From assembly GCA_964384595.1 (NCBI GenBank), contig CAYLLY010000004.1:1-63772 (forward strand): 63,772 nucleotides of DNA, written 5' to 3'. Of the stretch, positions 13,222 to 21,680 are shown piece after piece. Both the position numbers and the translations under genes were made by a program. Source of the stretch: an uncultured Nitrospirales bacterium. GTDB taxonomy: Bacteria; Nitrospirota; Nitrospiria; Nitrospirales; NS-4. The notes under the pieces are model-generated. The model worked only from the letters and a program-made list of their open reading frames with translations. It was not told the DNA's origin and searched no databases. Position 1 is the first letter of the stretch; each line of letters starts with the position of its first letter.

Positions 13222-13599
13222 ATGCGCGCTCCCGACACCGTGACAGACGAGACGCCTGCGGCTTCTCCCTCCCCGCCCTATCTCTGCCGGCGTTCCGTCC
13301 GCCTCACCCTATATGTCGTGCTCGGGGTGGCGTTGCTCGGCATGATGACCTGGCGCTTTCTGCCGCATTACCAGTACGCAACTCTGGATGAGGCCGTCGC
13401 CAAGCAACGCGTGGTGGTCGGCATGAGTCGTGAACAAGTGCTGAAAAGTTGGGGCTCTCCCTACAAGATTGACGTGACGTACACCGACTCGGGCATCCGC
13501 CGGGAACTGTGGGTCTTTGAGCATTGGCTCAACAGCGCGACCGTCAAGCACCGCTATCTCTATTTCGAGGAAAACGCCCTGGTCGGCGGGTGGTACTGA
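13222..13599 (+). CDS. Membrane-anchored SmpA/BamE-like small domain protein
   Basis: One N-terminal TM helix followed by VVVGMSREQVLKSWGSP...W.F...YLYFEENAL, the pattern of SmpA/OmlA-like domains. Confidence 0.7.
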   Translation: MRAPDTVTDETPAASPSPPYLCRRSVRLTLYVVLGVALLGMMTWRFLPHYQYATLDEAVAKQRVVVGMSREQVLKSWGSPYKIDVTYTDSGIRRELWVFEHWLNSATVKHRYLYFEENALVGGWY

Positions 13600-13606
13600 C
13601 ACACGG

Positions 13607-13858
13607 TCACCCCGCATGCCCGTCGCGCTCGGGCGACTCGACCATGGCATCGAGAAAATCGCGAGCCAGCAGCGAGGCCCGGTCAAGATCGGATTCGGCG
13701 ACCAGGATCACCCGCTCGTTGAAGGGGAAGATATTGAGGCCCGGATACAGGCCGCCGAAAAACGCATTCTGGACGTGAAATACAATGCCGTTGCCTTCCA
13801 GGAGGCTCGTCAGCACCATCAGTTCGGCTTCGTCGCGGGGGGATAGGAGCCTGGTCAT
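13607..13858 (-). CDS. DUF2007-like small protein
   Basis: 83 aa, E...L.SLLEGNGI...V.N..FGGLYP...ILV..SD...A pattern. Confidence 0.7.
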   Translation of the reverse strand: MTRLLSPRDEAELMVLTSLLEGNGIVFHVQNAFFGGLYPGLNIFPFNERVILVAESDLDRASLLARDFLDAMVESPERDGHAG

Positions 13859-13863
13859 GTTTG

Positions 13864-13893
13864 ATTCTAGGCCCCGAGTAGCTCAAAATGCAA
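13864..13893 (-). promoter_or_regulatory. Sigma70-type promoter (TTGCAT-N18-TAGAAT)
   Basis: The -10 ends 5 nt before ATG 13858. Confidence 0.6.
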
Positions 13894-13912
13894 CGCCGGA
13901 GCGATGGTATGC

Positions 13913-14197
13913 TCAGGGCGTCTCGGTGATTTGAATGCGCCGTTCCTGGCCGGGTCCGCCGGACACCATCATGACCCGTTTCCACTCACGAATCGTATAA
14001 ACCGCCCAGGCGTTGGGCGTGCCCTGATAATATGCGTCAGGATCTTCGCCGGTGGCGTTGAAATAGATGGGTTCCGTAAAGCCTTCGCTGAGGACCGTGT
14101 CGAGCAGGCTCTCGGCTGTAACGCCTCGCCCTTTGAGCGAGACGTCGGCAAGAACCTTAAAGATGTCTTCGGTGTTTTGAATAGTCAGGGCGTGCAT
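13913..14197 (-). CDS. Hypothetical protein (94 aa)
   Basis: MHALTIQNTEDIFKVLADVSLKG... The upstream ATG at 14209 falls inside the predicted -10, so 14197 is favoured. Confidence 0.7.
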   Translation of the reverse strand: MHALTIQNTEDIFKVLADVSLKGRGVTAESLLDTVLSEGFTEPIYFNATGEDPDAYYQGTPNAWAVYTIREWKRVMMVSGGPGQERRIQITETP

Positions 14198-14207
14198 TTG
14201 ACGACGC

Positions 14208-14236
14208 ATTCTAACGGCTCGCCCTGCGCGATGCAA
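14208..14236 (-). promoter_or_regulatory. Sigma70-type promoter (TTGCAT-N17-TAGAAT)
   Basis: Same hexamers as the 13864-13893 promoter; the -10 ends 10 nt before ATG 14197. Confidence 0.6.
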
Positions 14237-14247
14237 CGGAGAACGGT

Positions 14248-14991
14248 ATGAAGCCTCTCTCGAGCGAACTGTTCCGCGAAAAAATGATGGTGATCATGGA
14301 TCGGAAAGACCACTGGGCTTGGCCGCACTTCTCAGGCCCCCAAATCACCAAGGCTCAGCTTGAAATCCACTTCCGGCAGGAGTACGCCGTTTACGTGCGG
14401 GACTTCCCCGTTTTCCTGGGCCGAATCCACGGGAAAAATCCCCCTCGCCCCGTCCGGAGCGACCTGGCCCGCAACCTGTACGAAGAAGACACCGGCGGCC
14501 TCACGCTGGGACAATCCCACCCCGACTTGTTTCTGACCATGATGCTCGGCTTGGGGTTCGAGCGGGCGCACTTCCGCGACGTCAGCCTGCTCTCGGAGAG
14601 CCGGGCATACCGGGAGTGGCTCGACAAGGTCACCATGGACGGCGACTGGTTGACCGGGCTCGCCGTCGTGACCATATTCGTCGAAGGGAACGTCCATGAC
14701 CGGCAGGAAGTCCTCCATCCGTCTCCCCCCAAGGACGCCGAGCAGATTGAGGAATGCGTGCGCAAGCATTACTTGGTGCAGAACCACGGGATTGACCTCA
14801 AGTATCTGGACCTCGTCCGCGTGCATCTGATGGTCGAACCCTCCCATCGCCAGGCGGCCTGGCAGAGCGTTCAGACATACGCGACGGGAGCCGCCGACCA
14901 GCAACTGATTCTCGGCACGCTGCAGGAAGGCCTGGAACACTGGCTCCGCTACCGGGACGGGGTTGCCCGGTCTTGCGGTCTTCGGAAATGA
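14248..14991 (+). CDS. Heme-oxygenase-like diiron enzyme (TenA/PqqC/CADD superfamily)
   Basis: NLYEE...SHPDLF, IFVEG and VHLMVEPSH give the E-H / E / H-E-H ligand pattern of HDO enzymes; SD GGAGA. Confidence 0.8.
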   Translation: MKPLSSELFREKMMVIMDRKDHWAWPHFSGPQITKAQLEIHFRQEYAVYVRDFPVFLGRIHGKNPPRPVRSDLARNLYEEDTGGLTLGQSHPDLFLTMMLGLGFERAHFRDVSLLSESRAYREWLDKVTMDGDWLTGLAVVTIFVEGNVHDRQEVLHPSPPKDAEQIEECVRKHYLVQNHGIDLKYLDLVRVHLMVEPSHRQAAWQSVQTYATGAADQQLILGTLQEGLEHWLRYRDGVARSCGLRK

Positions 14992-14997
14992 CGCGGC

Positions 14998-15381
14998 TTA
15001 CTCAGGCTTGATGATGAAATGCAGCGCGGTATCGGCAAGAATGCCGCCCCAGGCGATCAGGTTGAGGGTTCGCAGAGGCCGCGCCTGTTCGCGGTGCCAG
15101 ATCCGTACCAATTGAGCCAGCAATAGAGCCTGCGTCACCAGAGATGGGAGCCGGTGGACATGGGGTGAAAGCGCGCCGCTTTCGCTGGCCATGGCGACCA
15201 CAGCCGTGAACAGGTAGCACACCAGAGCTGAAACCTGAAGTATCGTATCATGTTTTTTGGCTTTTCCTTTGATTGCCCAGACGATGGCGGCGCTGAGCGT
15301 AATGACGACCAGCAACAATAGCAGGGGAAACAGCGGCCACCAGACTTTCGCGCTGAGAAATGCGGTTACGCTATGGGCCAT
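14998..15381 (-). CDS. Small membrane protein (about 4 TM)
   Basis: 127 aa with several hydrophobic segments. Confidence 0.7.
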   Translation of the reverse strand: MAHSVTAFLSAKVWWPLFPLLLLLVVITLSAAIVWAIKGKAKKHDTILQVSALVCYLFTAVVAMASESGALSPHVHRLPSLVTQALLLAQLVRIWHREQARPLRTLNLIAWGGILADTALHFIIKPE

Positions 15382-15458
15382 GCCGAGCCAGACATTAGCA
15401 CGGAGGGCGACCGGGATTCCAGCAACCGCGCCCTGCCTTTAGAAAGGACGGCACTCAC

Positions 15459-16106
15459 GTGAGCGCCTGCGAGATGAACGTCCGCTCCGGGCTGTACTAC
15501 CCGTTCCATTTGTGTCCCCCGGAGAGCCTGGAACATTTTCTGTCCAGGTACGACACCGTCCATTTTCGGGACTATATGGCTCTCCAACTGACCCCCCACA
15601 GCGGCACTATGGCGTACTCCGACCGCATGGGCGATATGCACCCTGATCTGCTGGAACAAGGGCGCATCGTCCATGGCCACAACGTCAGCGGACCCTTGAG
15701 CCCGGAAATGGATCGCCGCATCGACCGTGACTTGAAGGATCGCGAGTGGCGCGAAATCTTCCATTTTGCCGTCCGGAGCGACGTGCGCTTTCAACGGGGC
15801 CTCGCCGAGCAGGGAACCGCGTTCGACCCGTGGATGCCGGAACGGTGGACACACTGGCAAATCACGCTCGCGGACATCCGCCAGATGTCCTGCTTGAAGC
15901 TGGACCCGGAACGCGCGGTGGCGCTGGAGTATGGCCTGATGCTGGTAAAAACCTCCGTCTCCCTCTGGCACACGATCCAGTTGTGCCAGCGACACGGCAT
16001 GGACGCCATCACCGACTCAACGCGCCACGATCAACTGCTCCAGCGCACCATGAAGCGTGACCGCCTGTCCCTGCCGACATACCTGCTGCGGCTGGCTCTC
16101 CCCTAG
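15459..16106 (+). CDS. Hypothetical protein
   Basis: 215 aa, GTG start with AAAGGA SD, directly upstream of clpS. Confidence 0.7.
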   Translation: MSACEMNVRSGLYYPFHLCPPESLEHFLSRYDTVHFRDYMALQLTPHSGTMAYSDRMGDMHPDLLEQGRIVHGHNVSGPLSPEMDRRIDRDLKDREWREIFHFAVRSDVRFQRGLAEQGTAFDPWMPERWTHWQITLADIRQMSCLKLDPERAVALEYGLMLVKTSVSLWHTIQLCQRHGMDAITDSTRHDQLLQRTMKRDRLSLPTYLLRLALP

Positions 16107-16110
16107 CGAC

Positions 16111-16404
16111 ATGGCGCCTCTCCCCTCAGCCCCGATTCCCGAGGCCGTAGAAGAGTCGGACACCTTCACCGGTGATGAGCTTGGAGCCCGTGTCATTGTC
16201 TATAATTGTGACTGCCACACCTACCAGCAGGTGATTGACTTGCTGTGCCGGGCCGTTCCCCAAATGACTCCCTCCCGCGCATTCGAACTCGCATACCGGA
16301 TCGACCACACGGGATCGGCCGAAGTCTATGAAGGGCCACTCAAAATATGCGAGCAGGCCGCCTCCATTCTGGCGGGTGGCGGCTTGCGAGTGGCTGTCCA
16401 GTAA
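16111..16404 (+). CDS. clpS: ATP-dependent Clp protease adaptor ClpS-like
   Basis: RVIVYNCDCHTYQQVIDLL...A..LA..I..TG.A.V fits the ClpS fold pattern; ATG 16111. Confidence 0.8.
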   Translation: MAPLPSAPIPEAVEESDTFTGDELGARVIVYNCDCHTYQQVIDLLCRAVPQMTPSRAFELAYRIDHTGSAEVYEGPLKICEQAASILAGGGLRVAVQ

Positions 16405-16422
16405 GGCGCCTTTCCTTCACTC

Positions 16423-16698
16423 TCAGCCTTTCCTGATGAAGCTGATGGCGTCCTTGTATTCCGCGATGGCCGCGGCCAACGCCCGGGCTCCGAGAGGGAT
16501 ATTGGCTTCGAGGACGGCTTCCACGTCGGATGGCTCGATCACGACTTCATACCGATCCTGCACATTGGTCATGCGAACCCCTTCCCCGGGAACATCTCGC
16601 GGCATGTAGAGCTCATGCCAGACCTCCTTTTCAACGAGGCACACGTCGCGAAACCGCTCGTACAAGAGCTTCAGCTTCTCAGGGTCACGCTCTTTCAT
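16423..16698 (-). CDS. Hypothetical protein (91 aa)
   Basis: MKERDPEKLKLLYERFRDVCLVEKEVWHELYMP...; start uncertain. Confidence 0.65.
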   Translation of the reverse strand: MKERDPEKLKLLYERFRDVCLVEKEVWHELYMPRDVPGEGVRMTNVQDRYEVVIEPSDVEAVLEANIPLGARALAAAIAEYKDAISFIRKG

Positions 16699-16825
16699 GG
16701 GATGCACATGCAAAATCAGGGCGGAAACGCCGAAGGGCCGGTCGACTTCCTCAGCCGACCGGCCCCGCGTCACACCTTATCAGCAGTTTTTCCGGTCAAT
16801 CACACACGCCGGATTTCGGTTGCCC

Positions 16826-17221
16826 TTAGGCGGTTCGGACGCGCTTCCGTGATTGAGCGACCGGCATCACGAATCCGTTGGGCTGGACTTCCTTGACTTG
16901 GGCCGTCGTATAAATCCGCGCCCCGTACAACTCATAAATTTTCGCCACCGCCCCTTTGTCGCCTTTCCGCGCTTTCGCAAACAGCCGGCGACGCTCATCC
17001 AACTCGTCCTCGGCCACGGTGGTGGCAAGCGCCGATTGCCCTTTCGTTCTTTCAATCGGGCGGGCGGGCCTGATGCTCTCGGATGGCTTGGCCGGGCCGC
17101 CGGTCACCGCCGCGATCTTCCGATGTCTCTCAGTACGATGCCCGGCCAGTTTGTGGGCTTTATGTGCCTTGAACGCTTTGTGCGTCCTGACTTTTGTTTT
17201 ATGTTTTCGAATCTTCTTCAT
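16826..17221 (-). CDS. Small basic Lys/His-rich protein
   Basis: 131 aa, SD GAAAGGAC, N-terminus MKKIRKHKTKVRTHKAFKAHKAHK. Confidence 0.7.
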   Translation of the reverse strand: MKKIRKHKTKVRTHKAFKAHKAHKLAGHRTERHRKIAAVTGGPAKPSESIRPARPIERTKGQSALATTVAEDELDERRRLFAKARKGDKGAVAKIYELYGARIYTTAQVKEVQPNGFVMPVAQSRKRVRTA

Positions 17222-17430
17222 GTCCTTTCGTCCTCAGGCCTCCAGGTATTGCGATACCGGGTTTTTCATGTTACCACAAACTGCCCTTCTTCTGCTAAAG
17301 ATCTCATTAATCCATGCGAGATACGTATTCCACCTTGCTATAATATTTATAAGCCTTTGATAATGAACATAAATTCTCAATATCTCGTTAAGGATAACGA
17401 TTCAGATGCCTTAATGTGGTGTGTTAAATC

Positions 17431-17439
17431 TTATCCACA
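17431..17439 (+). promoter_or_regulatory. Perfect DnaA box TTATCCACA in an AT-rich intergenic region
   Basis: Exact consensus 9-mer. The surrounding 17281-17460 has 62 G+C in 180 nt by hand count. Confidence 0.55.
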
Positions 17440-17451
17440 GAAATGGGATGC

Positions 17452-17460
17452 TGTTATAAT
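17452..17460 (+). promoter_or_regulatory. Extended -10 promoter TGTTATAAT (second one, TGCTATAAT, at 17336-17344)
   Basis: TGn-TATAAT upstream of SD AAGGAG and ATG 17503. Confidence 0.6.
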
Positions 17461-17502
17461 GATGACGTGCGCGGAACTCGTTGAAACGAAAGGAGACGCC
17501 CG

Positions 17503-18177
17503 ATGGCGATGACATACGACAAGGAGACTCCTCCGACTGACGCCCAGGACGATCCCGAAGCCAGAGGACTCTTACGGCGCGCCTTCGAGAAGACGGCGCG
17601 CTGGCCGGCCGAGTTCAAAGGTTTCACCGCCGACCTTACCGTGAACGTGGACGGAAAAACGCTCACGGGAACCGTCACCATCAAGTCGGCGCAGGATGTC
17701 GCCGTATCGCTTGCGGATGCCGAAACCCAGAAGTGGGCGGCGGGCACGATCGGTATGATCGCCGTCCACCGTGGTCCCCGGACGTTCGATCAATCCGACG
17801 GGAAAAGCGTTCTTACGCTGGACAAAAGCGCCGTCCATCCCTTGGGCCAGACCATTCACATTCACGACGCCATGAAATCCCACTACCGGGTGAAGGACGA
17901 CCGGATCACCCAGATCAATCGCTCAATGGGACCGATGCAGTTCACCATCAACGTAGAGGACAGCACCATGACGCCGGACAACAAATACCTGACGACGCGG
18001 TACACCGTCTACTACTTCAATCCGCAGGACGGCCGCCTGACGAATGTCGAGAGTTTTACCGACTCCCACGTCAGGGTCGGCCAGGCCGATCTGCCCGCGT
18101 CACGCCGTATCATCTCCGCGGAGAACGGGACCGTGTCGGTCAAGACCCTCACGTTCTCGAACCACCGGCTGCTGTAA
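17503..18177 (+). CDS. DUF3386 family protein
   Basis: A...RRAFEKTARW...F.GF.ADL, YRVKD..I.QINR..G...FTINV pattern; strong SD. Confidence 0.8.
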   Translation: MAMTYDKETPPTDAQDDPEARGLLRRAFEKTARWPAEFKGFTADLTVNVDGKTLTGTVTIKSAQDVAVSLADAETQKWAAGTIGMIAVHRGPRTFDQSDGKSVLTLDKSAVHPLGQTIHIHDAMKSHYRVKDDRITQINRSMGPMQFTINVEDSTMTPDNKYLTTRYTVYYFNPQDGRLTNVESFTDSHVRVGQADLPASRRIISAENGTVSVKTLTFSNHRLL

Positions 18178-18189
18178 GGAGACCCGCGC

Positions 18190-18720
18190 ATGTCGATGGA
18201 CATTCCAGGCTCGACCGGCATGGGCCCGATGAAGGGCAACACGCCCGATTCGCTCATGGGACGAGTGGAACGTCCGCGGCCGAACGATCTGACCAAGGAA
18301 TATCCGCGGAGCTCCCGCGATCTATTGGGCGGCTATGTTCACCTGGCCAGGATGATCGACAAGGCCCGCGCACGCGAGGCCGGGATCAACGGACCCTATA
18401 TCTACCCCTGCCCCCTGGACAAGGCCCTGTTGTCCTTTCTTGAAGTCTCCGAGCAGGACTTCGCCTATGCGTCCAAGTCACGCAGCGACGAGCTCATCCT
18501 CGATTGGCTGGCCGTGCACGGGCGGCCGCGTTCCAGAAAGCAAATTGAGATATGGAACAAGCAGATGCTGGAGCGGGGTCCTGACGACGACGCCCAATGG
18601 GCCTATTTTAAAAAAACCCGGGACGCGATCGATCCCTCGCGCACCGACATCGCCACGTGGATCGACCTCTTGGACCTTGAGGAGGGGCGTCCCGTTCCAC
18701 AGCGTGTCACTGCTCCCTAG
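18190..18720 (+). CDS. DUF5069 family protein
   Basis: DLT..YPRS....LGGY.HL.RMIDKARA...G..G.YIYPCPLD...FL pattern; SD AAGGAG. Confidence 0.8.
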   Translation: MSMDIPGSTGMGPMKGNTPDSLMGRVERPRPNDLTKEYPRSSRDLLGGYVHLARMIDKARAREAGINGPYIYPCPLDKALLSFLEVSEQDFAYASKSRSDELILDWLAVHGRPRSRKQIEIWNKQMLERGPDDDAQWAYFKKTRDAIDPSRTDIATWIDLLDLEEGRPVPQRVTAP

Positions 18721-18723
18721 ACG

Positions 18724-19161
18724 TCACTCTTCGTCGTCATCCGCCCAGGGATCGGCCCGCTCAAGCGCCCGCTGCTGCTCCATCGCGTTTTCGAGGAGGA
18801 CCCGAACGAAGAGCGCCACGGCCGAGTCGTTGGGTGGGAGCGATATCGTGCTCGCCGCCCCCACAGTGTCGAGCCACGCCTTCTGGTCTGAAGAAATCTG
18901 AATGCGGATCTCGACCAGGTCCTTCTTTTCCAGCAGGGCGTTCAACGCTTCGCGGGGAACGGTGTCCAGACTCTGGCGCAGCTCTTCCGAATTCCACAGC
19001 ATCGTCCGCATGAAAATAGAAATCACGGACCCTTCGGGGAGGCTGCCGCCCGGCGGGACGGCAATCTTGCCTTTCTTCATCATCATCTCCAGCCAGGCCT
19101 TCTGCTCCGCCGTGATCATGACGGGAATTTCGACCAGGGGAACTTTTCCGAAAAGATCCAT
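18724..19161 (-). CDS. Hypothetical protein with two tandem RHH-like repeats
   Basis: LVEIPVMITAEQKAWLE...SVISIFMRTML and LVEIRIQISSDQKAWLD...SAVALFVRVLL; SD GAGGA before ATG 19161. Confidence 0.7.
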   Translation of the reverse strand: MDLFGKVPLVEIPVMITAEQKAWLEMMMKKGKIAVPPGGSLPEGSVISIFMRTMLWNSEELRQSLDTVPREALNALLEKKDLVEIRIQISSDQKAWLDTVGAASTISLPPNDSAVALFVRVLLENAMEQQRALERADPWADDDEE

Positions 19162-19183
19162 AGGGGGTCCTCTGGTTGACCGC

Positions 19184-20131
<948 letters not shown>

Positions 20132-21595
20132 CTAGGGTTTCTCAGGTGAGCGCGTATCCCTGCCCGGGCCGATGGTGAACTCGATGCGCGCCACGCCTTT
20201 CACGTTCGCGCACCAGTCGCCCAGGCCGGGCGTGACGAGGCGAAACGGCCCTCCTTCTTCCTTGCTCAGGGGACGCCCGTCCCGCTTGTAAATGAGGATG
20301 CCGTTTTCCGCCGCTTCCTTCATGTGCAGGCTGGCGGCATACTGCCCGTCGGCCGAATGAAACGTCACATGGTCCGCGCCGATCTTGCAAGTGGCGCTAT
20401 TCAGCAGCGCGCGAACGCGGACGGCCTGTCCCTTCATGTCGGCGGCTTCCACGGACACGTCCGGGATCTGTTCGTTCGCCGGCAGTTTGGCGAGGGCCTC
20501 GGCATCGAAGATGAGCGGCTGGATCACCTGGCCGTCGACCCTGAGGAGGGCAGGTCCCATCGGCGCCGGCTCGGTGATGGTCTTGATCAAAGCGCAAACG
20601 GCCTCATTGACCGGAGTCCGGATCCCCATCTCGGTCCCGCGCCGCACGAGGTAGCCGTTGAGATGGTCGATCTCGGTTCGGCGGCCGGCCTTCCAGTCGT
20701 CGAACATGGACGTATGGATATCGCGGATCTCCTGTGACCACTGGATGACCTTGTCCGCGATGTCGGGGGCGAGCGCCACGCCGTCGGCCTGCGCCACCGC
20801 CACCGCCTCCTCGACGATCAGCTTGATCATCACGCGCATCTCCGGATGCGAGATGGCCTTTGAGACACGGTCATTGATCAGGACCGTCAACGGATTGAAC
20901 GCCACGTTCCAGCACATCTTTTCCCATTTCGTCCGCATGATGTCTTCGGACACCTGGCAGGGGACTCCGGCTCCCTCAAAGAGGGCCTTCACATCCTCGA
21001 GCGCGACGCTCGGAATCGGCGCGGCAGGCGACGGAGGGCGGCCTCCATGCCTCCGCAGCTCTCCGAGTTTGGCGAACGGCCCCTTCCCCTCGGCAACAGA
21101 AGAGGACGCATCCTCCTGCACTGATGGTTCCTCTCCCTCCGCGGAATTCCAGGCCCCGATTGCCAAGGCTCCCCGTTTGTAATGTTCAATGACACCGGGT
21201 TCGGCGACCCTGGAATAAGTGTACGCAACCCCTCCGATGACCGGGATGCCCGGAGCCAGCTCCCGGATACGCACCTCCGTGTCAACTCCGTTCTGAAGCG
21301 TCAGCACCGTCGTCTGCGGGGACAGAATGGGCTGAAGCTGGGCGATGACCTCATCGAGATCGTAGCGCTTGACCGACAGGATAACGAGCTCGGACTGCGG
21401 CAAGTCGCAGGGATCGCAGCTCGCGATCGGGTGCACCGTAAACGACTGGTCCACGCTGTGGACCGACAGGCCCTTCTGCCTGACCGCAGCCAGTGTGGTG
21501 GAGCGCAGCAGAAAGGAGCACGGCACACCGGCGTTCACCAGGCGGGCTCCGAAAAAGCCTCCCACCGCCCCGGCTCCCACCATCATGACCTTCAT
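20132..21595 (-). CDS. panE: 2-dehydropantoate 2-reductase fused to a C-terminal molybdopterin-oxidoreductase-like domain
   Basis: GAGAVG, QNGV, WEKMCWN..FNP, TSM..D...GRRTEID. C-terminus has DG.V..PL.F, F.SADG.Y..SL, DG.PL..E.GGPFRLV.P and NVKGV.RIE. Confidence 0.85.
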   Translation of the reverse strand: MKVMMVGAGAVGGFFGARLVNAGVPCSFLLRSTTLAAVRQKGLSVHSVDQSFTVHPIASCDPCDLPQSELVILSVKRYDLDEVIAQLQPILSPQTTVLTLQNGVDTEVRIRELAPGIPVIGGVAYTYSRVAEPGVIEHYKRGALAIGAWNSAEGEEPSVQEDASSSVAEGKGPFAKLGELRRHGGRPPSPAAPIPSVALEDVKALFEGAGVPCQVSEDIMRTKWEKMCWNVAFNPLTVLINDRVSKAISHPEMRVMIKLIVEEAVAVAQADGVALAPDIADKVIQWSQEIRDIHTSMFDDWKAGRRTEIDHLNGYLVRRGTEMGIRTPVNEAVCALIKTITEPAPMGPALLRVDGQVIQPLIFDAEALAKLPANEQIPDVSVEAADMKGQAVRVRALLNSATCKIGADHVTFHSADGQYAASLHMKEAAENGILIYKRDGRPLSKEEGGPFRLVTPGLGDWCANVKGVARIEFTIGPGRDTRSPEKP

Positions 21596-21680
21596 TCGAT
21601 CCTCGCTCCCGGCATGCATTCCCGTTCCATCATGCCCCATGCTTTCGCGGCAGCGCAAGACCACAGTCCGCGGACATGCG

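Noticed and set aside
14248-14991. PqqC or CADD-type pABA synthase assignment
   Set aside because: No pqq genes nearby, PqqC motifs are absent, and the Tyr27-equivalent appears to be Trp.
17402-17429. dif-like site (GTGTGTTAAAT matches the XerD arm 9/11)
   Set aside because: With the required 6-bp spacer the XerC arm does not match; TTAA sits only 4 bp from the XerD-like arm.
17222-17502. Firm oriC call
   Set aside because: Only one perfect DnaA box, no dnaA/dnaN nearby and no clear DnaA-trio run. Kept only as a lower-confidence finding.
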